64,000 bases of DNA from Candidatus Versatilivorator sp. (GTDB taxonomy: Bacteria > Acidobacteriota > Terriglobia > Versatilivoradales > Versatilivoraceae): the NCBI GenBank assembly GCA_965207735.1, contig OZ242296.1:1504001-1568000 (forward strand), read 5' to 3'. The notes beneath the pieces were generated by a model. The model had not been told where the DNA came from, did not search any database, and was given only the letters and a program-made list of their open reading frames with translations. This document shows, one piece after another, positions 30,023 through 39,538 of the stretch. Within the stretch, counting starts at the first letter, position 1. Each line of letters starts with the position of its first letter. The position numbers were made by a program, and so were the translations under genes.

Positions 30023-30557
30023 CGCCGTGTAGCCCCTGATCGAAGTGATGCCGCAAAACGGTGAGTGCCATTCTATCGAACACGAACGGACATTGCGAGC
30101 CACGCGAACGTCCGCGCGTGCTCACCCGCATCAAGACGTTCCGCTCCCAGCGGCACCTCAACGTCGGCTCCTGGCTGCGCGACCTCATTAATGAGGCCAG
30201 TTGAAAGGCCAATAGATCCTCACCTTTGAACTGGACCCATTATCAGAGGGAAGACTGTCGAGTCGGCAGGAAACCGACTCGAAGAAAAGCAGACTGCAGA
30301 TGGCCCAGGTAGAGAGAGGGAAGCCTGGAGGATGCACGCAACCCGATACCTCCGATCGGGAGCACGGGCAGCTTGCCACTCCGCTCGACGGTTCCGGAAG
30401 AAGAGTCTCCGGAGTCGAACGATCGCAAGACTTGTCCGACAACGTCCCCGATGGTCCAGAGGATTCCTTTTCAAAAAGAGGGATACAATGAGGGAACTGC
30501 AACCGGCTTATCCATATTAAGCCGTTTATAATTAGTGATATACAATTCCTACATTGA

Positions 30558-31629
30558 ACGTCGCCGTGAGCTCGTCGGCAGCCTTGCCCTGGTCCCCCTG
30601 GCAGAGGCTAGGGAGAAAGCGCTGTCCAACCGCAAGCTCGCCCGTGAGGGTGGAGATCCCCTTGCCGAGAAACGCCGCACCGAGGGCATCCCCACCTTCG
30701 CCGAAGCTGCCTCGCGTGTGCTGGAACAGAAGCGGGACGGCTGGCGCGGCCGGCGTCACCACCGCGAGTGGATGGTGAGCCTGAGGCGGTACGCCTTCCC
30801 GCGCATCGGCAAGATGCCGGTCTCCGAGGTCACCAGCGCCAATCTGCTTGAGATCCTCACCCCCATCTGGCACCGGAAGGCCTCCAGCGCCCGGCGGGTG
30901 CGCCAGCGCCTGCGTACGGTCCTGGAATGGGCCGTAGCCATGGAGTACAGAATCGACAACCCCTGCGACAGGATCGGCCCGATCCTGGGTCCCCAGCATG
31001 ACGTTACCGAGCACATGCGGGCTTTGCCCCATGGGGAGGTGGCTGCGGCCATCCGGACGGTGCAGGCAGCGACGGCGCCCGAGGTGGCCAAGCTGGCTTT
31101 CGAGTACCTGGTGCTGACCGCGGCCAGGTGGAGTGAGGTGCGCTGGGCCGAGTGGGAGGAGATCGATCGAGACGCTGGTGTATGGACCGTCCCGGCCAGC
31201 CGAATGAAGGCGAACCGCCAACACCGGGTGCCGCTTTGTGGCCGCGCCCTGGAGATTCTCGAGGCGGCAGGGACCCTGGGCGAGGGAGCCGGTCCTCTGG
31301 TATTCACCCGTGGGCAAGGGAAGCCGCTCAGTGACAAGGAGCTGCGCTGCCTGGTCCGCGAGCAGGGGATTGCAGCGGTGCCGCACGGGTTCAGGTCCAG
31401 CTTCCGGGACTGGGCGGCCGAAGAGACCGACCATTCCCGGGAGGTGATCGAGGCGGCCCTGGCGCATGTGGTCCGCAACCGGGTCGAGGCGGCCTATGCC
31501 CGCTCCGACCTGTTCGAGCGCCGGCGTGTCCTGATGGACGACTGGGCGCGTTACCTGGCCAGACTTGATCCCCTCCGGCACCAGAGGTCGCAACTGCGCC
31601 AACATGTCCGGCTCCACTTCCGACAATGA
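30558..31629 (+). pseudogene. 5'-truncated second copy of the P4-type integrase
   Basis: Near-identical to 37917-39149 from RRREL onward; most of the arm-binding domain is missing. Confidence 0.85.
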
Positions 31630-32410
31630 GGAAGGGCGTTCCTGTCCGGTCTCGATTGTCCGCTGAATCAACAGCCTCATAGCCGCCTCGGGGGAAAATC
31701 AGCGACCCATAGCATCTCGATGATTAAACAGGCGGCGGAGGCCTCGCCACCTGTGTCCCAAAGCCTCGGGGATCCGCATCCGTACTACAGTTGAAAGATG
31801 CTGACGCTTGGACTCATGTTTGCATGGCGCTTGACGTGCACCATGAAGCGCCTGCTATTCGGGTCCAGCTTGCCGTGCCTGTCGAGGGTGGGCAGCAGTA
31901 TGGACGCTTCTTCCTCGTTTGCATTCCACTCGATGGTCGGGCCCAAACCAGCATTCACTTTCAAGATAAATCCACTGGAGGTCGTTTCGAATTCCATTGG
32001 GACTCTCTCCCGTTTGAAGGGCGCTCGACGCAAGACAAACTCAGGCATTTGCGATCGGACTCTTTGCATCTGGAAGCTCTGCACTCCCTGGGATCTCTCT
32101 TGTATCCATGAGCTTTGACAGGTAACCTGCGATTTCTACGACTCCGGTGTACCCAGCATCCCAAGAACGCTTACAGCGCGAATTTCGGCCCGAAAAGCAA
32201 GTAAAGAGGCCTCCAGTTGGCCTGTGCTGCAACCTCTCCAGGTCTGGCAATCCCTAGTACCTGGAGTTTTAAATGCGATTGCCCCTATGTTGACATAGGT
32301 AGGTCTTATCGGAAGTTGGAGGAGTTACTGAGATCGTGAACTTGTCGATGCTCTGCATCGCGACACCGAGGGGAAGTGGGACTGACCACAAGTAGTTCCT
32401 ATGGCAGCTC

Positions 32411-32830
32411 TTACCTGCACTCGAGAAACTCCCGTATCCGCTCCCCTACATCAGTACCCGTCTTTACCTCGCACTCCCACAGAATCATTACTTTCCAGCC
32501 TAATTCATAGAGTTTTGCCACCTGTTCCGCGTCGCGGGTCACATTGCTTTTCAGCTTAGTTGCCCAGTAATTCAGGTTGGACCGGGGGGTTCGGGAATTC
32601 TTGCAGGTGGTTGAGGGGTGTTGATGCCAAAAACAGCCATGAACGAAGATAACCTTTTGCAGGCGCGGGAAGACAAGGTCGGGTTTGCCCGGCAAGTCCA
32701 TCCGGTGCAGCCGATAGCGGTAGCCCATCGAATGAACAAGGCGGCGCACCATCATCTCCGGCATCATTCCCTTGGACTTGATGTTGGACATGATTTCGCT
32801 ACGCCTCTTGGAACTTACTGTGTCGGCCAT
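32411..32830 (-). CDS. vsr: Very-short-patch repair endonuclease
   Basis: D...RS.IMS, LPGKPD, FVHGCFWH, ILWEC. Confidence 0.92.
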   Translation of the reverse strand: MADTVSSKRRSEIMSNIKSKGMMPEMMVRRLVHSMGYRYRLHRMDLPGKPDLVFPRLQKVIFVHGCFWHQHPSTTCKNSRTPRSNLNYWATKLKSNVTRDAEQVAKLYELGWKVMILWECEVKTGTDVGERIREFLECR

Positions 32831-33027
32831 CGCCTAAGCTCGGATAGGGTTTCGTCGATAAACCAATCAAGGAAGCGAAAACGTGGTTTTGAGAATCATC
32901 TCCTCAAGTTGGTCTGGTATGATTTGTCTCTTTTGGCTGTTATCTGTTAGAGACTTTACAGTTTGTGCAAATAGTGTCAGCAGGGTGCTGAGCATTGCGT
33001 CTCACTTCTACGAAAGCAAAAAACTCA

Positions 33028-34188
33028 ATGGAAAATCAATCTTCTGAAAGCACAATTGAGGGACGGCAGATCACGAGGATATCCCTGAACGAACTCTTGC
33101 TAGATCGTAACAACCCTAGATTTGGCCTACGGGGTAACGAAAAAAGCCAACAAGAAATTCTAGATCATATTGTAGAGAAATTTGGAGTAAACGACGTTCT
33201 GAGTTCACTGGCGGTGAATGGATATTTTGAGGCTGAGCCCATTGTCTGTCGCCGGATCCCCAAAACAAAAAGGGCTGTTGTTGTTGAAGGCAACCGACGT
33301 CTAGCAGCTTGCCTAATTATTCTCGGAGACAAGAGAGCGGCAAGCCAAGAGAAACGGTCGGCGGAATTTAGCGCTCTCTGGAATGAGAATAACCGCCCAA
33401 GGATCAACCCGGTACCGGCAATATTGTTCGAGGAGAAGGAACAGCAGAAAGCAATTCTTTCCTATCTGGGTGTGCGCCACATCGCGTCCTCACAGCCATG
33501 GGATTCGTATGCGAAGGCCGCTTGGGTTGCTCAGGTAGTCGAAGAAAGTGGTCTGGACATCCAGAGTGTTTCTCAGATGATCGGTGACCAGCACCAAACG
33601 GTGAACCGGCTTTTAGAGGGTTACTATTTGGTTCAACAATTGGTTCGGCAGGGCAGGTTTCATCCACAAAACAGTATTCGACGAGGCCGTGGAAGTGTTA
33701 CGGAATACCCGTTCTCATGGGTTTACACCATACTTGGCTATACGACAGTTCGTAAGTTTCTCGAGCTCTCTGATGGGGGTGCCCCACAAAATCCGGTCGC
33801 CGAAGACAAGTTGGACGGAGGCGGGTTGCTTTTTCGAGTTATGTTCGGCGACAAGTCGCGTGGCAGAAGTGCTGCTTTAGAAGATTCCCGTGAACTTGGC
33901 GACCTAGCAACTGCCCTTGCCAGTGATGAAAAGATTCGTCTTTTGGAACAGGGGAAGACGCTTGCTGAAATTGAAACTCTTACTAAGCCAGTCGAAAGGC
34001 GCCTGTCTGACGGACTTGACCTTGTGCGCGTCACGTTGAGGGATTTAGTTGCCAGTTTGTCTGAACAAGATATTCAGCAGAGCACTGCAACTAATTTCGT
34101 GAAGATTTCTAGCGGTAATCGCAAGATGGCCGTGGAACTCGATAGAAAGCTCAAGGAGATTGCATTTGGTGGGGATGACGAAGACTGA
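33028..34188 (+). CDS. ParB/Srx-like N-terminal domain protein
   Basis: LLLDRNNPRF and VVEGNRRLAA motifs; W..YAKA helix region. Confidence 0.75.
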   Translation: MENQSSESTIEGRQITRISLNELLLDRNNPRFGLRGNEKSQQEILDHIVEKFGVNDVLSSLAVNGYFEAEPIVCRRIPKTKRAVVVEGNRRLAACLIILGDKRAASQEKRSAEFSALWNENNRPRINPVPAILFEEKEQQKAILSYLGVRHIASSQPWDSYAKAAWVAQVVEESGLDIQSVSQMIGDQHQTVNRLLEGYYLVQQLVRQGRFHPQNSIRRGRGSVTEYPFSWVYTILGYTTVRKFLELSDGGAPQNPVAEDKLDGGGLLFRVMFGDKSRGRSAALEDSRELGDLATALASDEKIRLLEQGKTLAEIETLTKPVERRLSDGLDLVRVTLRDLVASLSEQDIQQSTATNFVKISSGNRKMAVELDRKLKEIAFGGDDED

Positions 34189-35155
34189 CCCATATAGCCT
34201 TCGCCACCAAGCCCAGCGCTCGGCCAACCATGCCGATCAAGCCGAATTCTCTGCGCTAAAGAACGGTACAACGGTCATTGATACTGGAATTTATCATGGG
34301 CGTGTTGCAGGCGCGATGGACGATTTTGAAGCCCCAGATCTGGCTGTCCGCGAGTTATGGCATAACGAAGATCTAAAATTCGACAGCGCAGTAGGGAAGA
34401 TATACGAGGAGATCGAGCGTCGCAGCAAGACCATGGAAACAACTTATCCGTTTTCAATTGAAGAAGGATCATTAATTCACACACCAAGCAACAACTCAGT
34501 TTACGAATTTCTTTTGGCTATCTGTAATGCAGAGACTCTCACGGCGGGTGAACATGTATGGCTTCCCCGCTTGTTTGAGCGTCTTTCTGCTCGTTTGGTC
34601 GCAGCTTGTTTCGGCTCTGACACGCAATTTGTGCATACTGGAGCACCCAGAGATCCAGAAATCGGCACCTCCTTTAAGACAGCAATGCTGACTGTTGCTG
34701 AACGAACGTCGGAGTGGAACTGGGGCCCAGACGAGGGTCTGCCGGATGAGCCTGTCAACGGCGATGGTGGCTGCGATTTCGTTGTTTGGCCCGTTCCCCC
34801 AGACGGACGAAAGATAGGCCAGCTTTTCGTGCTCGGTCAGTGTGCTTGCGGTAACGATTGGCAAACGAAATTCAAGGATCTAACAATCAGGAGTCTATCT
34901 AAGTGGTTCAATCCACTATCGATTGTCGAACCAGTTCGATGTTTCTCAACCCCGTTCCATGTTACCGACGCAATGCTAAGAGAGGCGAGCCGTGAAGGGG
35001 GAATTGTCTTTGATCGCGCACGACTGGTTAGACTTAGCCGGCAAGTGGCAGAAGATAGGATTGAATCCGAAATTCAAAGCAAAATGAATCGTCTTATTGA
35101 ATTAGTGATCGGACAGCGCTACCAAATATCAGGAAGCGACTCTGCAACGGCCTGA
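34175..35155 (+). CDS. Putative PD-(D/E)xK-like endonuclease
   Basis: FE.LS...GDGGCDFVVW...LGQCACG..W..K; overlaps the ParB-like gene. Confidence 0.55.
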   Translation: MTKTDPYSLRHQAQRSANHADQAEFSALKNGTTVIDTGIYHGRVAGAMDDFEAPDLAVRELWHNEDLKFDSAVGKIYEEIERRSKTMETTYPFSIEEGSLIHTPSNNSVYEFLLAICNAETLTAGEHVWLPRLFERLSARLVAACFGSDTQFVHTGAPRDPEIGTSFKTAMLTVAERTSEWNWGPDEGLPDEPVNGDGGCDFVVWPVPPDGRKIGQLFVLGQCACGNDWQTKFKDLTIRSLSKWFNPLSIVEPVRCFSTPFHVTDAMLREASREGGIVFDRARLVRLSRQVAEDRIESEIQSKMNRLIELVIGQRYQISGSDSATA

Positions 35156-36072
35156 AATAATTGGGGAGGCACTGCATTTCCTATAGCTTCGTATTTCTGG
35201 CGCATCGTTCCGGTCTCAGGAAAGACTATATCGCTATCGAAGCCTTGCAGACACGCAGCCTCACGAAAAGAGAAACGTCTTCGAGGAGCATCTGACGACC
35301 AAACCCATTTATCAGTGTGGATGCGTAATAACTGGGGACTCAGTGGATGTAAAGGCATGTGTCGAGGATGGCTAACGATCGTCTTGCTCGGCTCTGACCA
35401 GTCGCGGCGCCTATTACGTGACATATAGTACCAATGGAATCCATCATCGAAGAATTCACCTTCTGGCCAAATTGTCATGCCAGCCAATGCTTCTGCAATT
35501 GTCTTAAATCTATTCTCCCCTTCTCGAGTGTGGGTCGGCTTTGGAAAGGAATAGCGCATGTCGATATCGCTCCTAATTCCAACGACAAATATTCTGACTC
35601 GTTCTTGGGCTACTCCGTAGCTAACCGCATTCAATAGATCATGTGACACCCTATATCCGGCCATCCGGAAACGAGTGATTTGATTGTGCAGGAGGTGTCT
35701 GAAATCACTACGCCGCATGCCCGGCACATTCTCGACTATGAATGCTTTCGGGCGTACCTGCCTGAGCGCACGATCAAATTCACGATATAAGTAGTTAATT
35801 CTTCTATTTGATACTCGGGCGCCCCCTTGGCTGAAGCCTTGGCAAGGGTAACATCCAACTAAAAGATCTGCCGTAGGGAATGACGGGATTTCGCCAACGT
35901 CTTTGCACTGAAAATCTGTTTCCGGCAAATTGGCTTCGTAGAGTTCTTTGGCAAACTGTGAAATATCGTTGGCGAATACAACTTCGAAGCCGGCACTCAG
36001 TAAGCCCGTATCAGAGCCGCCGCACCCGCTAAACAAGGAGACGGCTTTTGCTTTTGTCTTAGTTTTCAGCAA
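35119..36072 (-). CDS. C5-cytosine DNA methyltransferase
   Basis: FSGCGG, PCQGFS, ENV, QxRxR, GNAVPP. Confidence 0.92.
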   Translation of the reverse strand: MLKTKTKAKAVSLFSGCGGSDTGLLSAGFEVVFANDISQFAKELYEANLPETDFQCKDVGEIPSFPTADLLVGCYPCQGFSQGGARVSNRRINYLYREFDRALRQVRPKAFIVENVPGMRRSDFRHLLHNQITRFRMAGYRVSHDLLNAVSYGVAQERVRIFVVGIRSDIDMRYSFPKPTHTREGENRFKTIAEALAGMTIWPEGEFFDDGFHWYYMSRNRRRDWSEPSKTIVSHPRHMPLHPLSPQLLRIHTDKWVWSSDAPRRRFSFREAACLQGFDSDIVFPETGTMRQKYEAIGNAVPPQLFQAVAESLPDIW

Positions 36073-36957
36073 CTCAGCAACTCTTATCTTGTTGTATTCT
36101 CTTTGAGAATCACCTTCTGATGGTCCTATCTTGAAGGTCCACCCCTCCTCTCCTCTGATAGTATCTCAATCACTGCAACAAATCATGGGGATAAAGAGCC
36201 GGGCTCGGGAAGAGCCGTTCTCTCATCGACCCAGGAAAATTCTCCGAGTTCCCCCTTTTCCACAGCCTCGACGGCGGGGCAACGGCGGGGATAATTCACC
36301 AAATTCCTCCCTCTGGCGTCGGACCTAAATTCGGAGGAGGGTCAATGCGCAAAGCGAATGCGCGCACATGGGAAGGACGCGGGATGCGCAGATCGGAGCA
36401 TCACCGACCCGACAGTGATCCATTCGACTGCAAGGCTCGGGGCGTGGTCTGCGGCCCCGTGGTTCCAATTCGATCCGGGCCAACCGTAACTGTTCGGTCA
36501 AGCCGTGGCGCGCGTCGTCCTGCGCCGGGCCTATGGCTTCGCGCTCAATGGCGACCGAGCACCTGACGAAGTGCCACCCTTTCACCTCCGTGGGATGGAG
36601 ACACAGAGCCGAGAAGCGACCCGTGGTTGTCGGAACGATACGGTCGGAGCGCGTGGTAGGTAAGGACTTCGAGGCTGACGATCCTCTGCCGTTGTCCTGT
36701 CCGCGGGAGGTCTTGCCGCCGCTACGGCTGGCTCAAGCCCTACAGTAACCCAACGGGAATTGATCGCTACGGAGAGGATGCCGGTTCGACCACTCCACCA
36801 CAGCTTGACCGAACAGTTACGGGCCAACCGTCCCTAAACGGCCACGAAGAGCCAGGGGAATCCGTTTTTTTCTGGAGGGCATAATGGTGGGCAGGACATC
36901 GTCTGGAAATCCATAAGTCCTTTGTATAAAATGTGTTACATCAATTCCCGATAACGT

Positions 36958-37095
36958 CCGAAGGGATCACTGTGGTGAGAGCGACCCTCCGAGGGGAGGT
37001 TAACCGTGAACTGCGGGGTGAAACGGCTAACCCTCCCCGATGGCGCACCAGCGTCCAAAAGGGTGGGGTCGCTCTCACCACAGTGATCCCTTCGG
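36958..37095. repeat. 138-bp element with perfect 30-bp inverted arms (module copy D)
   Basis: CCGAAGGGATCACTGTGGTGAGAGCGACCC at 36958-36987 and its exact reverse complement at 37066-37095. Confidence 0.85.
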
Positions 37096-37244
37096 GAAGG
37101 GCGAAATGAAGACCTGGAGCCAAGTCATTCTCGTCAACCTGGCCTTGACGGCCGTGGGCCTTCGGGTGTGGCTCGATCCCTGGCCCGCTTTGGGAGAAGT
37201 TCCCCTGCTTGACTTGGTTCACGCCACCGATCCCTTGGGCCTAA

Positions 37245-37312
37245 CTACACTCAGACCTCCAGATCCTCTCCCGGCCCTTGGTCCAGGTAACGCGCCCAGT
37301 CCCGGAAGCTGG
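37245..37312 (-). pseudogene. Internally deleted integrase 3' fragment
   Basis: SFRDW fused to ARYL via GACTGGGCG microhomology. Confidence 0.7.
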
Positions 37313-37832
37313 TCCGTCTGCAACCATTCGGGAATAGTAATCACAGTCCAGTTCCCCGCAGACGCGTGGGAATCCGAGCAAGAAACAGGCTCACCGGATG
37401 ATGGTGGAATGATCGACGATTTCCGTCTCTGGGGGTCAAGGCGGTGTCGTCAGATGGGCCGACACCTTTCCGAAGGGGGGGTGTCGGACTAACATGTCGG
37501 AGATCCTGCTACGCACAACGTCTTTCTCTCAGAGGGCGCGCGCTCGCCGTTGTGGTTCGGGACTTTCCCGAAACGCCTCATCAGACGCGGAACAACACGG
37601 ATTTCCCGCGTCCGCTGCGAAAAGGCGAAGCGAGGCTGCGCCTCGCGTGTCCCCCCCTCGCCCGGCGAAACGGCGCGCCGCACGAGAGGGGTGCTGGTGG
37701 AGAGAGCGCCCCCCCCTTTTTTCCCGCTGGTGCGCCACGGGCGCGGGAAAAGGTGTCGGCAAAGGTGTCGGCCCTTTGCCCCCCTTTTGGGGAGGTCGCT
37801 CTCTCAACAGTGATCCCTGAGGGAGGGCCGAA
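37313..37832 (-). repeat. Conserved structured module, copy E
   Basis: Homologous to B over its full length, including the integrase junction. Confidence 0.75.
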
Positions 37833-37916
37833 ATGAAGACCTGGAGCCAAGTCATTCTCATCAACCTGGCCTTGACGGCCGGGGGTGTGCGGGTAGGCTC
37901 GATCCCTTGGGCCTCT

Positions 37917-39149
37917 TTACTCCAAGGGCTCCAGATCCTCCCCCGACCCCTGGGCCAGGTAACGCGCCCAATCGTCCATCAGGAGACGCCGGCGCTCGAA
38001 CAGGTCGGAGCGGGCATAGGCCGCCTCGACCCGATTCCGAACCACATGCGCAAGGGCGGCCCCGATCACCTCCCGGGGGTGGTCGGTCTCCTCGGCCGCC
38101 CAGTCCCGGAAGCTGGACCTGAACCCGTGCGGCACGGCTGCAATCCCCTGCTCGCGGACCAGCCATCGCAGCTCCTTGTCACTGAGCGGCTTCCCCTGCC
38201 CACGGGTGAACACCAGAGGACCGGCTCCTTTGCCCAGGGTCCGTGCCGCCTCGAGAATCTCCAGGACACGTCCACACAGCGGCACCCGGTGCTTCCGGTT
38301 GGCCTTCATCCGACTGGCCGGGACGGTCCATACACCAGCGTCCCGATCGATCTCCTCCCACTCGGCCCAGCGCACCTCACTCCACCTGGCTGCCGTAAGC
38401 ACCAGGAACTCGAAGGCCAGCTTGGCCACCTCCTCTGCCGTCGATGCCTGCACCGTCCGGATGGCCGCGGCCACCTCCCGATGCGGCAAGGCCCGCATGT
38501 GCTCGGTAACGTCATGTTGGGGACCCAGGACCGGGCCGATCCTGTCGCAGGGGTTGTCGATCCTGTACTCCATGGCTACGGCCCATTCCAGGACCGCACG
38601 CAGGCGCTGGCGCACCCGCCGGGCGCTGGAGGCCTTCCGGTGCCAGATAGGGGTGAGGATCTCAAGCAGGTCGGCGCTGGTGACCTCGGAGACCGGCATC
38701 TTGCCGATGCGCGGGAAGGCGAACCGCCTCAGGCTGGACATCCACTCGCGGTGGTGACGCCGGCCTCGCCATCCGTCCCGCTTCTGTTCCAGCACACGCG
38801 AGGCGGCTTCGGCGAAGGTGGGGATACCCTCGGTGCGTCGCTTCTCGGCAAGAGGATCTCCGCCCTCACGGGCCAGCTTGCGGTTGGCCAGGGCCTTCTC
38901 CCTGGCCTCGGCCAGGGAAACCAGGGCAAGGCTGCCGAGACCGAGCTCCCGGCGACGGCCACGGACGACGAGGCGTTGAATCCAACTGCGGGTTCCGCTG
39001 GGCTGGACGAAGAGGTACAATCCATTTCCATCGGCGTATCTTCCGGGCGGAGCGGAGCGCAGGAAGGCGGCCGAGAGGGCGTTGCTGGGGTGGCAACCGG
39101 TGGGTTTGGTCTTGGGTCGGAACGGAGCGAAGTCCGTTACAGTATCCAT
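37917..39149 (-). CDS. P4-family tyrosine integrase, apparently intact
   Basis: Arm domain YADGNGLYL.V..SG.RSW; R (TAAR), K (RMK), HGFR, LAH, Y (AAY). Confidence 0.92.
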   Translation of the reverse strand: MDTVTDFAPFRPKTKPTGCHPSNALSAAFLRSAPPGRYADGNGLYLFVQPSGTRSWIQRLVVRGRRRELGLGSLALVSLAEAREKALANRKLAREGGDPLAEKRRTEGIPTFAEAASRVLEQKRDGWRGRRHHREWMSSLRRFAFPRIGKMPVSEVTSADLLEILTPIWHRKASSARRVRQRLRAVLEWAVAMEYRIDNPCDRIGPVLGPQHDVTEHMRALPHREVAAAIRTVQASTAEEVAKLAFEFLVLTAARWSEVRWAEWEEIDRDAGVWTVPASRMKANRKHRVPLCGRVLEILEAARTLGKGAGPLVFTRGQGKPLSDKELRWLVREQGIAAVPHGFRSSFRDWAAEETDHPREVIGAALAHVVRNRVEAAYARSDLFERRRLLMDDWARYLAQGSGEDLEPLE

Positions 39150-39300
39150 CCCCCCATTATATGGGGGATGGCAGTGGATTGCAAGGGATGTTGGTGGCAA
39201 GACAAGCCACGGCAGGACTTATATAAGACACTCATAAATAAGACAGTTATAGACTCTACTGGACGGCACTAGACATCACTGGAATTTGAATGGCCGTTGC

Positions 39301-39536
39301 GGCGGCGGCAGCAATCCTCCGCTGCTTGACATCAAACGGCTCACCGTCCACTATTCCCCGGGCGCCAGCCCGGGGGCTCCAGCAAGCCGCGAAGCGGCGA
39401 CAGCAGGTAGCCGTGGGCGTAAGCCCATGGGGGTGGGCGTGGCCCATGGGGGTGGGCGTGGCCCATGGAAAACGTGACGCTAGAGTCGAGCCGCGTAGGC
39501 GGCGACAGCAATCATCCCGCTGCTCGATATAAAACG
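39301..39536 (+). repeat. R2 REP-like repeat: tail of the interrupted copy plus one full copy
   Basis: GGCGGCGGCAGCAATCCTCCGCTGC at 39301 matches GGCGGCGACAGCAATCATCCCGCTGC at ~39498. Confidence 0.75.
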
Positions 39537-39538
39537 AG

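Larger units (their letters stand above)
12578..39300. mobile_element. Composite genomic island with P4-family tyrosine integrase, ~26.7 kb
   Basis: Full integrase at right end; flanking GGCGGCG direct repeat (12571-12577, 39301-39307); AT-rich att-like ends; lower-GC defence cargo. Confidence 0.7.

Noticed and set aside
37560-37590. CTGATGA...GAAA on the minus strand of module E, resembling a hammerhead ribozyme core
   Set aside because: The core is not kept in A, B or C (e.g. CTGATGC in C) and there is no convincing stem II.
39170-39350. tRNA expected next to a P4-type integrase
   Set aside because: No cloverleaf or GTTCGA T-loop found.
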